DNA of 64,000 bases from NCBI GenBank assembly GCA_047495785.1, contig JBLDXI010000025.1, forward strand, positions 1,488,001-1,552,000, read 5' to 3'. The DNA is from Lepidodermella squamata (taxonomy: Eukaryota; Animalia; Gastrotricha). Position 1 is the stretch's first letter. Each line of letters starts with the position of its first letter. Shown here one piece after another: positions 9,694-22,000 of the stretch. The notes beneath the pieces were generated by a model. That model worked only from the letters and a program-made list of their open reading frames with translations. It ran no database searches and was not told the origin of the DNA. The position numbers and the translations under genes were made by a program.

Positions 9694-12474
9694 TCACCAG
9701 ACTTCACACTTGTTGACCGGGTTCATGGCACTTCGGCTGGGGCAATTGAAAGCAGCCGTCCATGGGCGAAAATTTTGCATCATTCCTCGAACTCGCACCG
9801 CACCTAGGGAGTGTTCATCCTCCCCGATTTGTTCGGCCAAGACAGAAGGTTTTTTTGCCTCGCAGTAGCTCTGAGCTATCGATACAAAAAACAGTTGTTC
9901 ATTGGTCAAAGTCAATCCAGGCACGACGATCTTCTTCAGCTCCGCATCTGAACCGATGGCTTTCTTATAAGCCTATAATAAAAGGAATATGATTGAGGGA
10001 TTGAGAAATCTGACAGAGATTACCGAATAAGCCAATTTGAGTCCTCCATTGTCAGAAATATTTTCGTCGATTGAACGCGTTGCACTATCCTCGGCGTCTT
10101 CCTTAGATATCAGCTCAAGATTTGCTGGTACCGCGTGGAAGGTCAAATTTGTAAACTGCCCAAGCATGCATTCAGACCGACGTTTGTACTCCTTTTTAGT
10201 CGCATTCGACCACCAATCACCACCCATCTGACCATTTGAATCGTATAAAGCTCCATATCCATCGAAGGAATGCGTGAATTCGTGGCCAATTGTATACCCA
10301 GTTGAGCCGTAACTCCAAGCAAGCGGATAATCAGGGCGATAGAATGGCTCCCAGGCGGTGCTAGCAGTGACATGCATAGCGTTTTGGTTGAAGTCATACT
10401 CAGCGTTATTCTCGTAGGCCTGCATACCCCAGTCACTTTTCTCCGGAAGTTTATCCATCGCGGTTATTCTACGCTTAGCAGTGTAAGCCGCGATGGCAAC
10501 AAGATTTTCAAGATGATTATTCGTTGGCTTTATGTCTATGAGTTTCGCTTCATTGTCCAACCAGCTGTTCGCGCCTTGCTCCATCAGTTTGGCCGGATAA
10601 CCGATTTCGATCAACATCTTCTCAGTTTTTTGCTTGGCGTTCTGCCGAGTTTTGGCGTCCATCCAACTTGTGTCTAAGCTTTCTTTAGAAGGTGTTCCTG
10701 TCGCGAACGCTGAGACAAGTTGCTGTCGTATGTTTTCAGCCATTTTTTCGACCTCTTTCTTCGCCTGCTGCGTGAAATACCGCTCGACGTAACGGCGCGA
10801 GATGGCAAGACTGAAGAACTCTTTGGCCATTATGCGGCATCTTAGAGGCGACGGCTTCATACCGAGAGATTCCGGCATGCTATCGGATTGGTGAGATATC
10901 AACGTCCGAACATTCAACCCAGCACCTTTTAGTGGTTGGAAAAATTTCGCTTTCTTACGAATTTCCTCGCCCTCACTAGCTTCGCCAAGCAAACCAACCA
11001 AATCATCAATAAACTGCAAGTAAGGCCCTTGAAACAGCTCCTCATCAAGATCCAACATGTACGGGTAAAGAGCTGTTAACGACAGGTAGTTTTGGATGAT
11101 TGAAGGACCGTCGCCATTTTTACGAGCCAGGGTTGTTTTGATTAATTTGCATAGACTTGTAATGTACTCAGGTTCGTTGGTGTAAATCGAAACTTTATCA
11201 AGCAATGGCATGTTGGCGTCGAATCGCTGATCTCTAGTCACCTTCAAAGACTGAACGTTGTACATGACGCCGATTTTGTTAATCAATCGCAGCCAATCCA
11301 TGCTTGGGCAGATTTTGTTCAAATAAGTTGAATTGAGGCGGTGAGAGGTATCAACTGGGCCGTCGCCACTCAAAATGCTTCCAAGGGAAGAGCTCTGGTT
11401 CGACTGATCAGACTCGCCAATTATTACTGATAGACTGGACTCGAAATCAACAATCGATCTAATAGCATTGTCATCAATTCTGACGTTAGAAGCTACTGCG
11501 GACTGTCTTATGATCGTCGTGCTGATATTTTTCAAGAAAGACACGTAGAGATTCTTGACACTATCCATCACACCAGCATCACGTGTTCCAAACGGTGAGT
11601 TTAGCAGCTTGGTTTTTGGCGGCTCAGGCTCTTGAACATTCTTAATTTTTGAAGGAATCATTGAGGCCACAATTCCAAACGGCGTCAGGTTGGGAGAGCC
11701 CAGAACCAAGCGATGCCTCGATGCATTGTAGTCGTCTCGAACGACATCCAAACTCATCAAGCCAAGGTGATTTGTGTAGGGCAGTAGGCGAGTCATCGCA
11801 TCTTCGACAGACCAAGCTACATTAGGCGACGACGTAGTCGGCTTTTGTGTTGGGCTTCCTATGATTACCGGAGGTCTCGTAACGCTGAAACCACCGGTAT
11901 CGCCGAAAATCTTCTTTATCAATTGCATGGACTCTTTTGCCCCAACTTCTATTGAAGCAGACGAACATGCCTTGTAGAATGCTGCCGCTTTCGAATCAGC
12001 GATTGCTCTGCTATTTTTGCTGTTATTGAATCGGCCATTCCAGTTGCTGCCCGTTAGAACCTGGTCTACAACATTTTCGACCCTAAGAGCGTAGGCGTCA
12101 TAAACTCCTGCTGAATCCCCATCCCCAGCACTGCTCGGCTTGGTCCGTTCGTTCTTGGTCGTGGATGGTTTTGGTTTCATTACTTCCAACTTAGATTCAA
12201 TGCTGCCTATATTGTTGGCGGTTTCAGCTGGCAGCCATTGGTTGTCCATAAATTTTCCACAAGCGTATTCATAGAAATCTTGGCATGGGCTAGCGTCAGG
12301 GTTAAGATTTGCCAGTACAAACCCTGCGACGCTAGCACAACCTTCGGTGTTACAACTGCCCAGACCGGAAGAGGCCTGACGACGGATCCTCTCGTACAAG
12401 ATATTCCGTTTTATCGAAGCTATTGCGAAAGTAGCTAGTGTGAGTTGGGTTAAAATTAGCCTCAAAATATACAT
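9694..12474 (-). CDS. Neprilysin/ECE-like M13 metallopeptidase, probably secreted; exons 12474-10024, 9972-9694 (909 aa)
   Basis: PCQDFYEYACG, GHEFTHSFD, ENISDNGG, EQLFF and C-terminal CEVW. Signal-like N-terminus MYILRLILTQLTLATFAIA, then a furin-like RIRR site. One 51-bp intron. Confidence 0.9.
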
Positions 12475-12910
12475 TTTAATCCTTAAATTCAGGAAGTCAC
12501 ACGGAAAAAAAATCAGGCCACTAAAATATGTCAAGGCTTGACAGGTATCACTCGCAATGTTTACTCGTACTTGTTGCAGCAAAAGACGATTACATTGTTT
12601 GCCCGGCGAAAAAAACGAAACGCAAATCCGGCGTTTTTTGCGAGTCGCTACAGGATGAGACATGTTTGCATTGCATGATGCGTCTGCAAACATACCAGGT
12701 ATATCAGCGGAATGTAACGTGTTATCTCACCTTAACACTCCTATAAACCTACGCAGAAATTTAGGGAGTAGCTGATATATGAGCTTTCAATTTTACTAGA
12801 ACACGAACTCGGCACGAATTACAACACCTTTTAAAATTACACTATGATTAATAGAATGATGACGAGATGAAGAAGCTGAGGAATGTCAGAATTCGCCAAC
12901 AAATAAATAT

Positions 12911-15900
12911 CTATTTGAACTCATGTTCTTCAATTGAAGCAGCCAGGCGAAGGTCTGGCATTGGCTTGTTGAAACCATCCTTCCCAACCAAGTGATAGGT
13001 TTCAACGCATCCCTTCCCCTTCATCGAAACAAGACCACGTTTCTCAAAGTGAAATCCGCCGATTTTTTCCAATAAGACTTTGCTCTCAGGGCTAACATGA
13101 ATTCTCAGAGCTAGACCGCTGCTTTCCATTCGAGAGGCGTAATTCACGGTGTCTCCAAATAGACAATAGCGAGGCATTCGCAAGCCGATGATTCCGGCTA
13201 CAACAGAGCCACTATGCATTCCGATACGAAGCTGAAGCTGCAAACCAGGTCGATGTCGGATTTTGAAGTTAGCAACGCATGATAGAATTTCCAAGGATAG
13301 GGTGGCAATTTCTGAGACGTGGCGTATTCCATTTCGAACAGGTAAACCACTGCCCACCATGTACGCATCGCCTATAGTCTCCACTTTGTATACATCAAAA
13401 TTATCGATGATATTATCGAACTGAGAGTAAAGATCATTCAGGAAATCGACAATTTCCAAAGGAGATGAACTGGAAGCCAATTTCGTGAAGCCAACAACAT
13501 CGCTGAAGTAGACAGTTACTGATTCGTACGTCTCTGGGTGAACAACTCTGCCAGCTTTCAACTCTTCGATAACAGTTTTGGGCAGCATTCGGGAAAGAAG
13601 CTCTTCAGAACGACGGCGTTCGTTGTCCAACTCTGCGGTTCTGGCGATAACTTCGCTTTCGAGATTATTCGCGTAGTTTTCCAACATGGCCATCATTTGA
13701 TCGATAAGATTCGTCTCCTTACCCTTATTACCTTTGCATAGCATTTTGTTGATAGCAGCATAATCTGGGCGGAAAGCTGACACCTCATCCCAGCACATTC
13801 GAGCAATCTCCGCTAAATCGATGAGGGTGTGGTCGACGATACCTAAATGGGGTCGGAACGCGGGGTATTCGCCGTCTAGTATTCGCCGAAATATAGTGGC
13901 AGGGGCTAGCTGATACCACTCGTATGGCTTTTCGCGGGTGATAATCTCATACAAAACTACTCCAAACGAGTATACATCGCCCTTTTGGGTTCCTCGAGGA
14001 GGCGGGTCTTCATAGCGCAACAACTCGGGAGCTGTCCAAAATTTTTCCGCAATGTTGTTATGCTCCTGATTGCTTGGATTGTTGTCGCCATAAGGATCAA
14101 AGTTATCCCGCATAACATCTCTATTTCGGTTTCCTCCTAGGCTTATGAGACCCCTGGCGGTACCCCGCGAGTTGCCAACAAGTTGGGGCTTGAAGTAGGC
14201 GTCGCTCATCTCGAACTTCGGCAAAGGAATGTTTGCAATTTTACAGAACCATCTTGAGTCGACGAAGATGTTACTTGACGTCAAGCGACCATGAGATCCT
14301 ATCGGCGACTGGTGAAGGTATAACATGCCCTGAAAAAGCCATTAGGTCTACAAAAGAATCCCTCACATTCTTATAAACTTACGGCAGCAATGTCACTAGC
14401 GAAGGATAGTTTGAAAAGACGATCCAGCTGAATCTTCTTTCGGGCTAATACATTGGCCAATGTTCCTTTTGAGCAGTACTCTTGGATTATGCAAATGTGG
14501 TAGGGTTCGCTTGTGACAGCTACAAACTGATTGATATTGACGTGGTGCAAAGATCGGGTCTCTCGAAGTTCTGCTACCACGCTTTCGTCCAGTTGGCATG
14601 TCGATTTCTTGAGAAGAGTGACAAATGCGTCTTGAGTTCGAAACTTCGCATACATCAGCTGGCCAGGTACTTGATGTTGCTGCTGTTGCTGCAAGACCTG
14701 TTGATTTTTCGGAACCTTACCGAAAGTTCCTACCAAGATCGAAGGATGGCTGGAGCCATTTTGTAGCGATGGCTTCCTAACTTGAATTTGCTTTTGAGGA
14801 CCAGATAAGCTGTTATTCTTCGGTGGAGGAGGCTCGGCTATGACTCCGAAAATTCCACTGCCGGCGAATGAGCTGCCATGTTGCAGATCTGAGGTGCTGA
14901 TCGAAGACGATCTCGATGGGTCATCCAGGTCAGGCACGGCGCTGTCTTTGCCGCCCAACTGGCCGCCTATATCACTCGCGCCGACACTTGACGCCTGATC
15001 GCCATCCTGACCTTGGACAAAACGAATTTCATCAAATTTGGCTACAATCTCAGCCATGAAAGATTCGTTCTTCTTGCGCCGCTGTCGTTTGCTCTTAACA
15101 ATTAAAAGAATAACTGTGATTAAAATCACGAGGAACGCTGCGAGAGATCCCGCAGAAGCTTCGATAATAATGTTAATGTCTAGCTGGTAATGCTTCGCCC
15201 TCTCTATGGCTTCCAACTGGCGACAGTAGGCTGAATCAATCTTTTGAACTCGAAGCTGTTTTCTGGCTTCATCAACGTAAGACTTGTAGTAATAGTAGAA
15301 ACAAGACTCCTCAATTGGTGGTCTCGGCTGGCTACCAAGCCAATAAATTGTCGTATCATTCGAGGCCAAATTTGACACTCGAGAATTAATCACATCGTAT
15401 GCCGGAACCAAAACTTTGCGAGTGGAATTCTTCCCGTAAATTTGGTTGAAATAGCTGTTTAGATCATCTTTCTGACTGACGATCATACTAACAGTAGCAA
15501 CCATAGGAAGTTCTGTGTTAGTCAAAGCCGGATTTATGGTGTCATCATCGACGTCATCCTGATCAACGAAATTGTAAATTCTGAACTCGCTATCGACTCG
15601 ACCACATTTCTCAGAATCGAACGCTACGTAGTTGGTGGTGTAGCTAACATTTCCTCCACAATAGAATCTAGCGATAGGGACCGCAAGAGGGAAATCGTTG
15701 ATCAAAACATTAGGGGAGCTGATCTTGACCTCCAGAGCTCTGGCTATCAAATCAGATTGTCGTATGATATAGTTTTGATGGATCTGAACTACTCGAGTGA
15801 AAATTCGGACTTTGTTGTAGAGCATATTACCGACCCCATACATTTGAAGAGAAGACTGAAGATGGGCCTTGAAATCTGCAACCGGATCGGTTATCTTCTT

Positions 15901-17610
15901 CTTTCTGTATAGGGTGGCGTTTTTCTTGCCAGCATGAACTTGCCCATCTTCTTTGCTATCAATTGCCGAAAGCCATTCATTTGATGGAACATCCAGATCG
16001 ACAATGCGAAGTCTGCTCGGTCTGCTGCGGGTTAGATCAAATGTGTGCTTCAGAGTAACGAGCATCAAGCCCTCTGGTGCGATTTTTCGCAGATTATTCA
16101 ATGATTCTGGTGTCAGGTACCCAGTAACCGGTAGCACGAAAAAAGCTTTACGCTTCAGCGTGTATCTTAGAGCGCTTTGAGATTTATCCTCCAAACTTAT
16201 CGCGATCTTCTCGATGAATTGCGGCAAGTCGTTGACATGCTCGAGCAGTACGAAAAATGCTGTGGCTTTATCGTTGACAATAGAGCCGCGGAACCATCTG
16301 TTGAAGTCGCATAAATCACCCATAGAAAAACGCTTTGTACAGAAAATGGTTCGATCAACTGTGAATAGCGGTTTGTTGGCGCCGGATGTGGCGTCGTAGT
16401 CTGAGGTCACGTCGTCATCAAGCAGCATTTCTTGATCGATTTCGATTTGCTTATCGAGATCTCCGTACTCGGTATCTGGCTCTGGATTGTCGCTATCCAG
16501 CTGATCCTTGCCCTTAGTCCTGAGTTGGTCACTTCTGAGCAGCATGTCTCGTTTTGCTAAGGTGTCATTCACCGCATTGAAGATCGAATCAGTCGCGGCG
16601 GTGTAAGGCGACAGGACAAAGTTGAAGCGAAGCCATCTGAAACGATACGAGAGTCCCAGAAGCAACTCCGATATACTTTGCCCATCCATTGTATCTGATA
16701 CTACAACCTGGAATAGGTCATCGATCGTGGGAGGCCGAGAGTTGTTAGTAGCCACAGAAAATGACGCAATGCGAGGTGGGGGAGTCACGCGCTTCTTGCT
16801 AGGATCATCATTCATATCAGCATTCCTTCGATTGACCTCAGCAGTAACGCCCGTGGGGCAAGTTGAAAGAATCGTAACTCTGGGCGATTCCTCAAGGATC
16901 TATTGAAATGTCGAGTCAAATCTAGCTATGGTCTAGCTTTTCACTTACCTCTCTTAGGTGGAATCCTCGGGTTTGGCTGCACACTGAGCTAAGATCCATC
17001 ACGATCCAAACATCCCCATTCTTCTCTGTGGCAGTCGAGTATCCGGATGAACTCAGCGAGCTATACTTGGCATGTTGACGCTTCAGCGTGCGGAACAGCT
17101 TTATGAAATCATCTTCATCCTTTATGAACAGAGGTGTGATAGCGAGGGGGAGGACTTGAAAACTGAGAATGTCGGATCGCGCCGTGTTTCCTATCAGAGA
17201 TTTGTGGTCAAAAACCCTGCGATTGCCCCTACGCAGCTCTCCGGCTATGTGCGCTAGCTCGTCAGTTGTAGCTTGCCTGAAAATCTGCGTCAACTGAAAA
17301 GGGTTCAAAGCTTTCGTTAACTATCAATTGAAATTATAGATGTAATTACGAGGTAGATAGCGTCAAGATTGAAATTGACGGCTGAAGCGTTGCGGAACTG
17401 AGGCGGTAGCCCGGGACTCGGGATGTAGCCGAATGAGTCCAAGTTGAACTCTGGATTCGGATCCGAAAATGGCCCGTCATCGATGAACCCTTCGGAGTGA
17501 TCCTCCTCAAAACCTGGTAACAAAATTGCTACCTGAAGCTTAGTCTGCAGCTCAACGTTGCAGAACAACGCCTGTAGAAGAAGCAACAGCCTGATTGCGT
17601 GAGATAACAT
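12911..17610 (-). CDS. Receptor (transmembrane) guanylyl cyclase; exons 17610-17350, 17293-16949, 16899-14383, 14329-12911 (about 1513 aa)
   Basis: Signal peptide, long ectodomain, one TM helix, kinase-homology domain (HGRLTSSN, WTAPELL), coiled coil, and cyclase motifs FSDVVGFT, KVETIGDAYM, MPRYCLFGDTVN. Confidence 0.9.
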
Positions 17611-19039
17611 CTTTCCAAGTTGTGTAGCTGCAAATTTGCGACTGATATCAAGCGACTGGCGGCATTTTGCGGCTTCCATCGATTGTTTTTCGAGCGCTGT
17701 GATTTAAAATTAGCCTTAATTGCATCCCGGTGCGATGTGAACGTGATTTTTCAGCGATATAACCACTCTCCCACAAGCTTTGACTACCTTCGCTACATGC
17801 AGCTCAACTTTCACGTAAATTTTAAAAAAGGACGAAAACCTGGAAAATGGCGATAAATCTTGAGCTGTTTGCCAGCTTCCTCAATCTGTTTCAATCTCCG
17901 ATCTTCTAGCAGGTGTACATGAAACACTTCCGCAGCGTAATCGCCAAACTAGGGCTATTTGAGGCTTTAGCGTAGAAATGCGACACTTCAATTGTCTTCG
18001 AAACACGTTTGACTTCCTGCAATGTCGAAATGACAAACCCAAAATGTACGTCACACATTGCAAATTTTTTACTGAAGGCTTTTTACATATCAATATCAAC
18101 CAAAATTAATATTATTATTATTAAATGCAGACTGGAAATAATAGGTCATAGCAATTGTTATAAAGATGTGAAGAATAATTAGAATATTCGCAGTATTATC
18201 CATCATAATAATATCGCCAGTTTTTGCTGTTTCTTCTCACAAAGTTCGTCGTCGTATTTTTCGATATTTTTCGATAGGTATAAACAATAATAAATGGACA
18301 CTGAAGGCAGACGGCTAAATCCGGCCAGTTTTGCAATATTAGCCCGGCAAAGAAAAAACAGACTGAAATAGAAAAAAGAACCACCACGAAAGAAAGAAAG
18401 AATCAAGAAACAAAAAACGAAAGAGGCGAGAGTAATAAATTTCGTAGAGCCATTTTTATAATCGATTTCAGGTCAAATTTGCAAACACGCAGCACACAGT
18501 GAAAAACGAGCAATGATTTGTCCTATTCTCAACAATTTTTATTTTTCCGGCATTTCGAGCCACCTTAAGTATGTTTGCATAATTTAAAACCCGTGATTTT
18601 TTCGGATATGAAAAGATTCCATCATAACAAGGCGTTAATTATGTAAAGCCGCAAGAACTAGAAGCAAGGCGGGAGCTTTCAGCTAAACCTGGCACCTGGC
18701 GGCGATAATTGCGAGCAGGCAACAATGTAAGCACCTGATTTATACACGCGCGTGTTTTCTCGGATCGTTATCTTCCTGAAAGCCTAGCACGTGGCCACGT
18801 GTTAGTGTGCGTTATCTAGCTATTACAATCAGATCAAGGAAAATTTATTAGCCGACTACAAATTGAGCGATGATGAAGAAGAAGACGGAATTGTCAGGAA
18901 TTTTTAAATTAATATATTGGTCATATAATAATAGAATATATTTTTTCGAAAATTTTTGATGGAAAAAAAACAGAAAAAATAGGAGAGAAAAAGGCAACAA
19001 ATTTTTTTGCAATAATTTGATTATTTTTTTCTTTCGATT

Positions 19040-22000
19040 TCAGCACAACAAGCCGGCAGGTATCGGTTGTTTGGAATCGTTACTCTCGCTGGAATTATTA
19101 TTCGCATTACTCGTGGCTTGGTTATTCGATGATGAAGACATTGAAGAAGAAGCATTGCTAGTGGACGAATTCGAAAGGCTCGATGAAGAATTGGTAAGCA
19201 GAGACGGCGGTGGGATGAGGCTCAGCACGCCGTTGATTTGAGCAGGTGTTATCGGAAGCGCGTCTTTCGCGCTGCGAATGGAAATGACCAACTGGCGGAC
19301 CTGGAAGCGGCTGCGCGGCGGCAACGAGTCCGCCAGCGAGTCCAGCGCCGCGCCCAGGTCGATGAGATGCGGCGATGCGAGTGACGGCTGCGCGGCCGGG
19401 GGCAGGCGGCCCATCGTCGACATGGTCATCGATGGCGGCGGTGCGGCTTGTTCTTCACTCAGGCTTGAAATAGCGCTTTGACACAGCCGATGCACGTCGT
19501 CCCATGTCCAATTAACTACAAAAATAAACAGAAAAAGTGTGATTAAAATAGCGGAAACAGTCGCAACAAATTTTTGGGAATTTTGATGAGCCAAACAAAC
19601 AAAACATAGGATTCCTAATAAGTCTTCATTTTCAATTTTTCGATCGGTATATTTGTCTTCTTTTCCGGGAACTTGAGAAATGAATATGCGGACTTCTCTT
19701 CTCAAAACGCTGGGCATTGCTTGCAGTATTAGGAATCATGTAAATTTCGACTGTATCGGTAAAATAAATGGAACTTCGCAATTTTGAGAAGGATTAAACC
19801 TAAGGGTCGCAAAAATTTGTGAAAAACCCTTATCCCAAATGCCATGAGAATGGCGAAATCACGTGTTACTTATCAATAGGATAAAAAATTCGGAGAAATT
19901 TGGTCCAACCGGGTATAATACCAAAAATTACCGAATCTGTTACCATCGGGGTTTCCCGGGTTTTAATTCCTATTGTAATAAATCGCGGATTATTGATGGG
20001 AGATGTTTAGTTTTTTCAAATTCCTTGCAAAAAATGCAAAATTTGAAAATTATTAATTGTTGATTCCGGAATCCGGAATCCGCATCGGAAATCAGAAAGC
20101 ACCCGTATTCAACTGTATCCTTGTGTTTTCCATTTATTTTTAGCAAAATTACACTTATTGAATTATATTTCTTGCGTTATGATTAAGGGCAAAAATTTAG
20201 CGATCTGAATGGATTTCATGTGAAAATTCAATACTTATATACTCAAAAAATTCAACCAATCAATTTCTTCAATTTCAACTCACCATTTGCATTAGCAGAT
20301 CCATTAGATGATGATGAAAGCACAGGCGGCGAAACCACAGTCGAAGAAGAATTACCGTTAGTATTATTACCCCCATTTTGATGATTCACGGCAGTCGCAG
20401 GCGATGGCCCGCGTAGCAACACCGCAGTCGGCAGTCTCGGCTGCGGTTGTTGCTGCTGCAGCGCCTGGTTCGTCCCAACTATACCACTGGTTGGCGAGTA
20501 CTCAACCGCGCCGGCCGGATTCTGCAGCCGCCGCAAACACGGCTTGACAGGCGCAACCGGCCGCCCGTCGCCACTCACCAGCGTCGCGGCAGTCACCTGT
20601 CGCTGTAGCGTTGACGAGGCCCCGTTGCTAACACCAGCCGGTTTCGGCGCGACCGGGTCTGTACCGTGGCGTTGCAGCGTGGAGGACGATTCTTTGCCGT
20701 TGGCCTTTTCCGGGCTGCTGCTGCTGGCGGTGGGAGTAACAACAGCCGGGTCTTGGTCGGCCAACGCGCGCCGCCTTCGCATTTGCTCGGCCAACTCAGC
20801 TGTCACGCGATTTGACATGTCAACCGGTTTATTTTGATGATGATTAGGCGCTAGACTGCCGTAACCACTCGGCTTTGGGTGGCCGTTACTTTCCGTCGTG
20901 CCGCGCCGCAGCACGTAAGAATTAGCTGGCGGTTGTTCTGATAGCAGTGAATCGCCGCTGCAACTCCGGGGTGGCACGGGTATGGCTGTTTGAGGCTGAG
21001 ATTGCTGCGTGCTTGAGGTCGTCGTTGTCGAGGCTGAGAGGGCGTGGGCTGCTGGCGGGTCTGGCACGGGCGGCTTGCCGGGTGAGCCATTCGGGCGGAA
21101 TGAGAAATTGTGGGGTCGGCACCGGGCGATGTTGCCGGATTTCGTTGGCGAGGGCGAAGATAATGATCCAGATCTAGGTCTGTAATAAAAAGTTCAAAAA
21201 ATTATGAAGTTTCAGGGAAATTTAATATAAATCAGCTAAAAATTCGCGACATTATTCCAAATGAATTACCCAAAAAAATATATATGAACAAATACGAAAA
21301 ACACCCAAAAGCGCAAATATACGAAGTAAGACATAAAATTAACAGAGCCCAAGCCGAAAAACAGCTTTAGAAAAGACTTACTCCATCCATAAAATATGGT
21401 CTTCAATGCTGCAGAAGTAAAACGGTATCAAAGTAAAAATGTATCCAAAATTAATCAAAATTACGATAAATAAATTAAATCTTTGAATCCCCAAACCAAA
21501 TTACCAATAATAGACTGAAATAAATCTGAAATTTTCCAGGAATGTTAGTAAAATTTGTAGATTGTAGAAAAGCTCTCAAGTTTACCAGAATTTGTGTGCT
21601 TAAAATAATTCAGGAATTAAATGTCTCAAGTCCCATTTATTCGCGAGGTGGCAAAATTTAAGAGTTCAGTAATCGGTTCTAGGCTATTTCCGCAACCAAC
21701 ACTAAGCAATGTTGAATTAAGCGCAACGGCAATAAAAAAGCGTTTAATATTCATTAAAGCATTGAAACTGAAAAAAGTCTCGTTCCAGTCATTGTTCTCA
21801 TCAACCAACGCCATAGCAGTTACTAAGTTTCGTGATATCATTTCAAATTTCAATTTCATTTAAATATATTTTGAAATAAATTGATTGATATTTCCCTCTT
21901 GTTTGTTGCTCTTTTTCTGCTTAATTGGCCAATAATTTGGCATATTATTTTACCTATCAGAATCCGCTAGTGTGAAAGGCTGGCCGAAAGTCGAGGTCAC

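Noticed and set aside
12475-12693. N-terminal extension of the neprilysin ORF
   Set aside because: The signal peptide begins at M 12474; the upstream in-frame sequence looks like open UTR.
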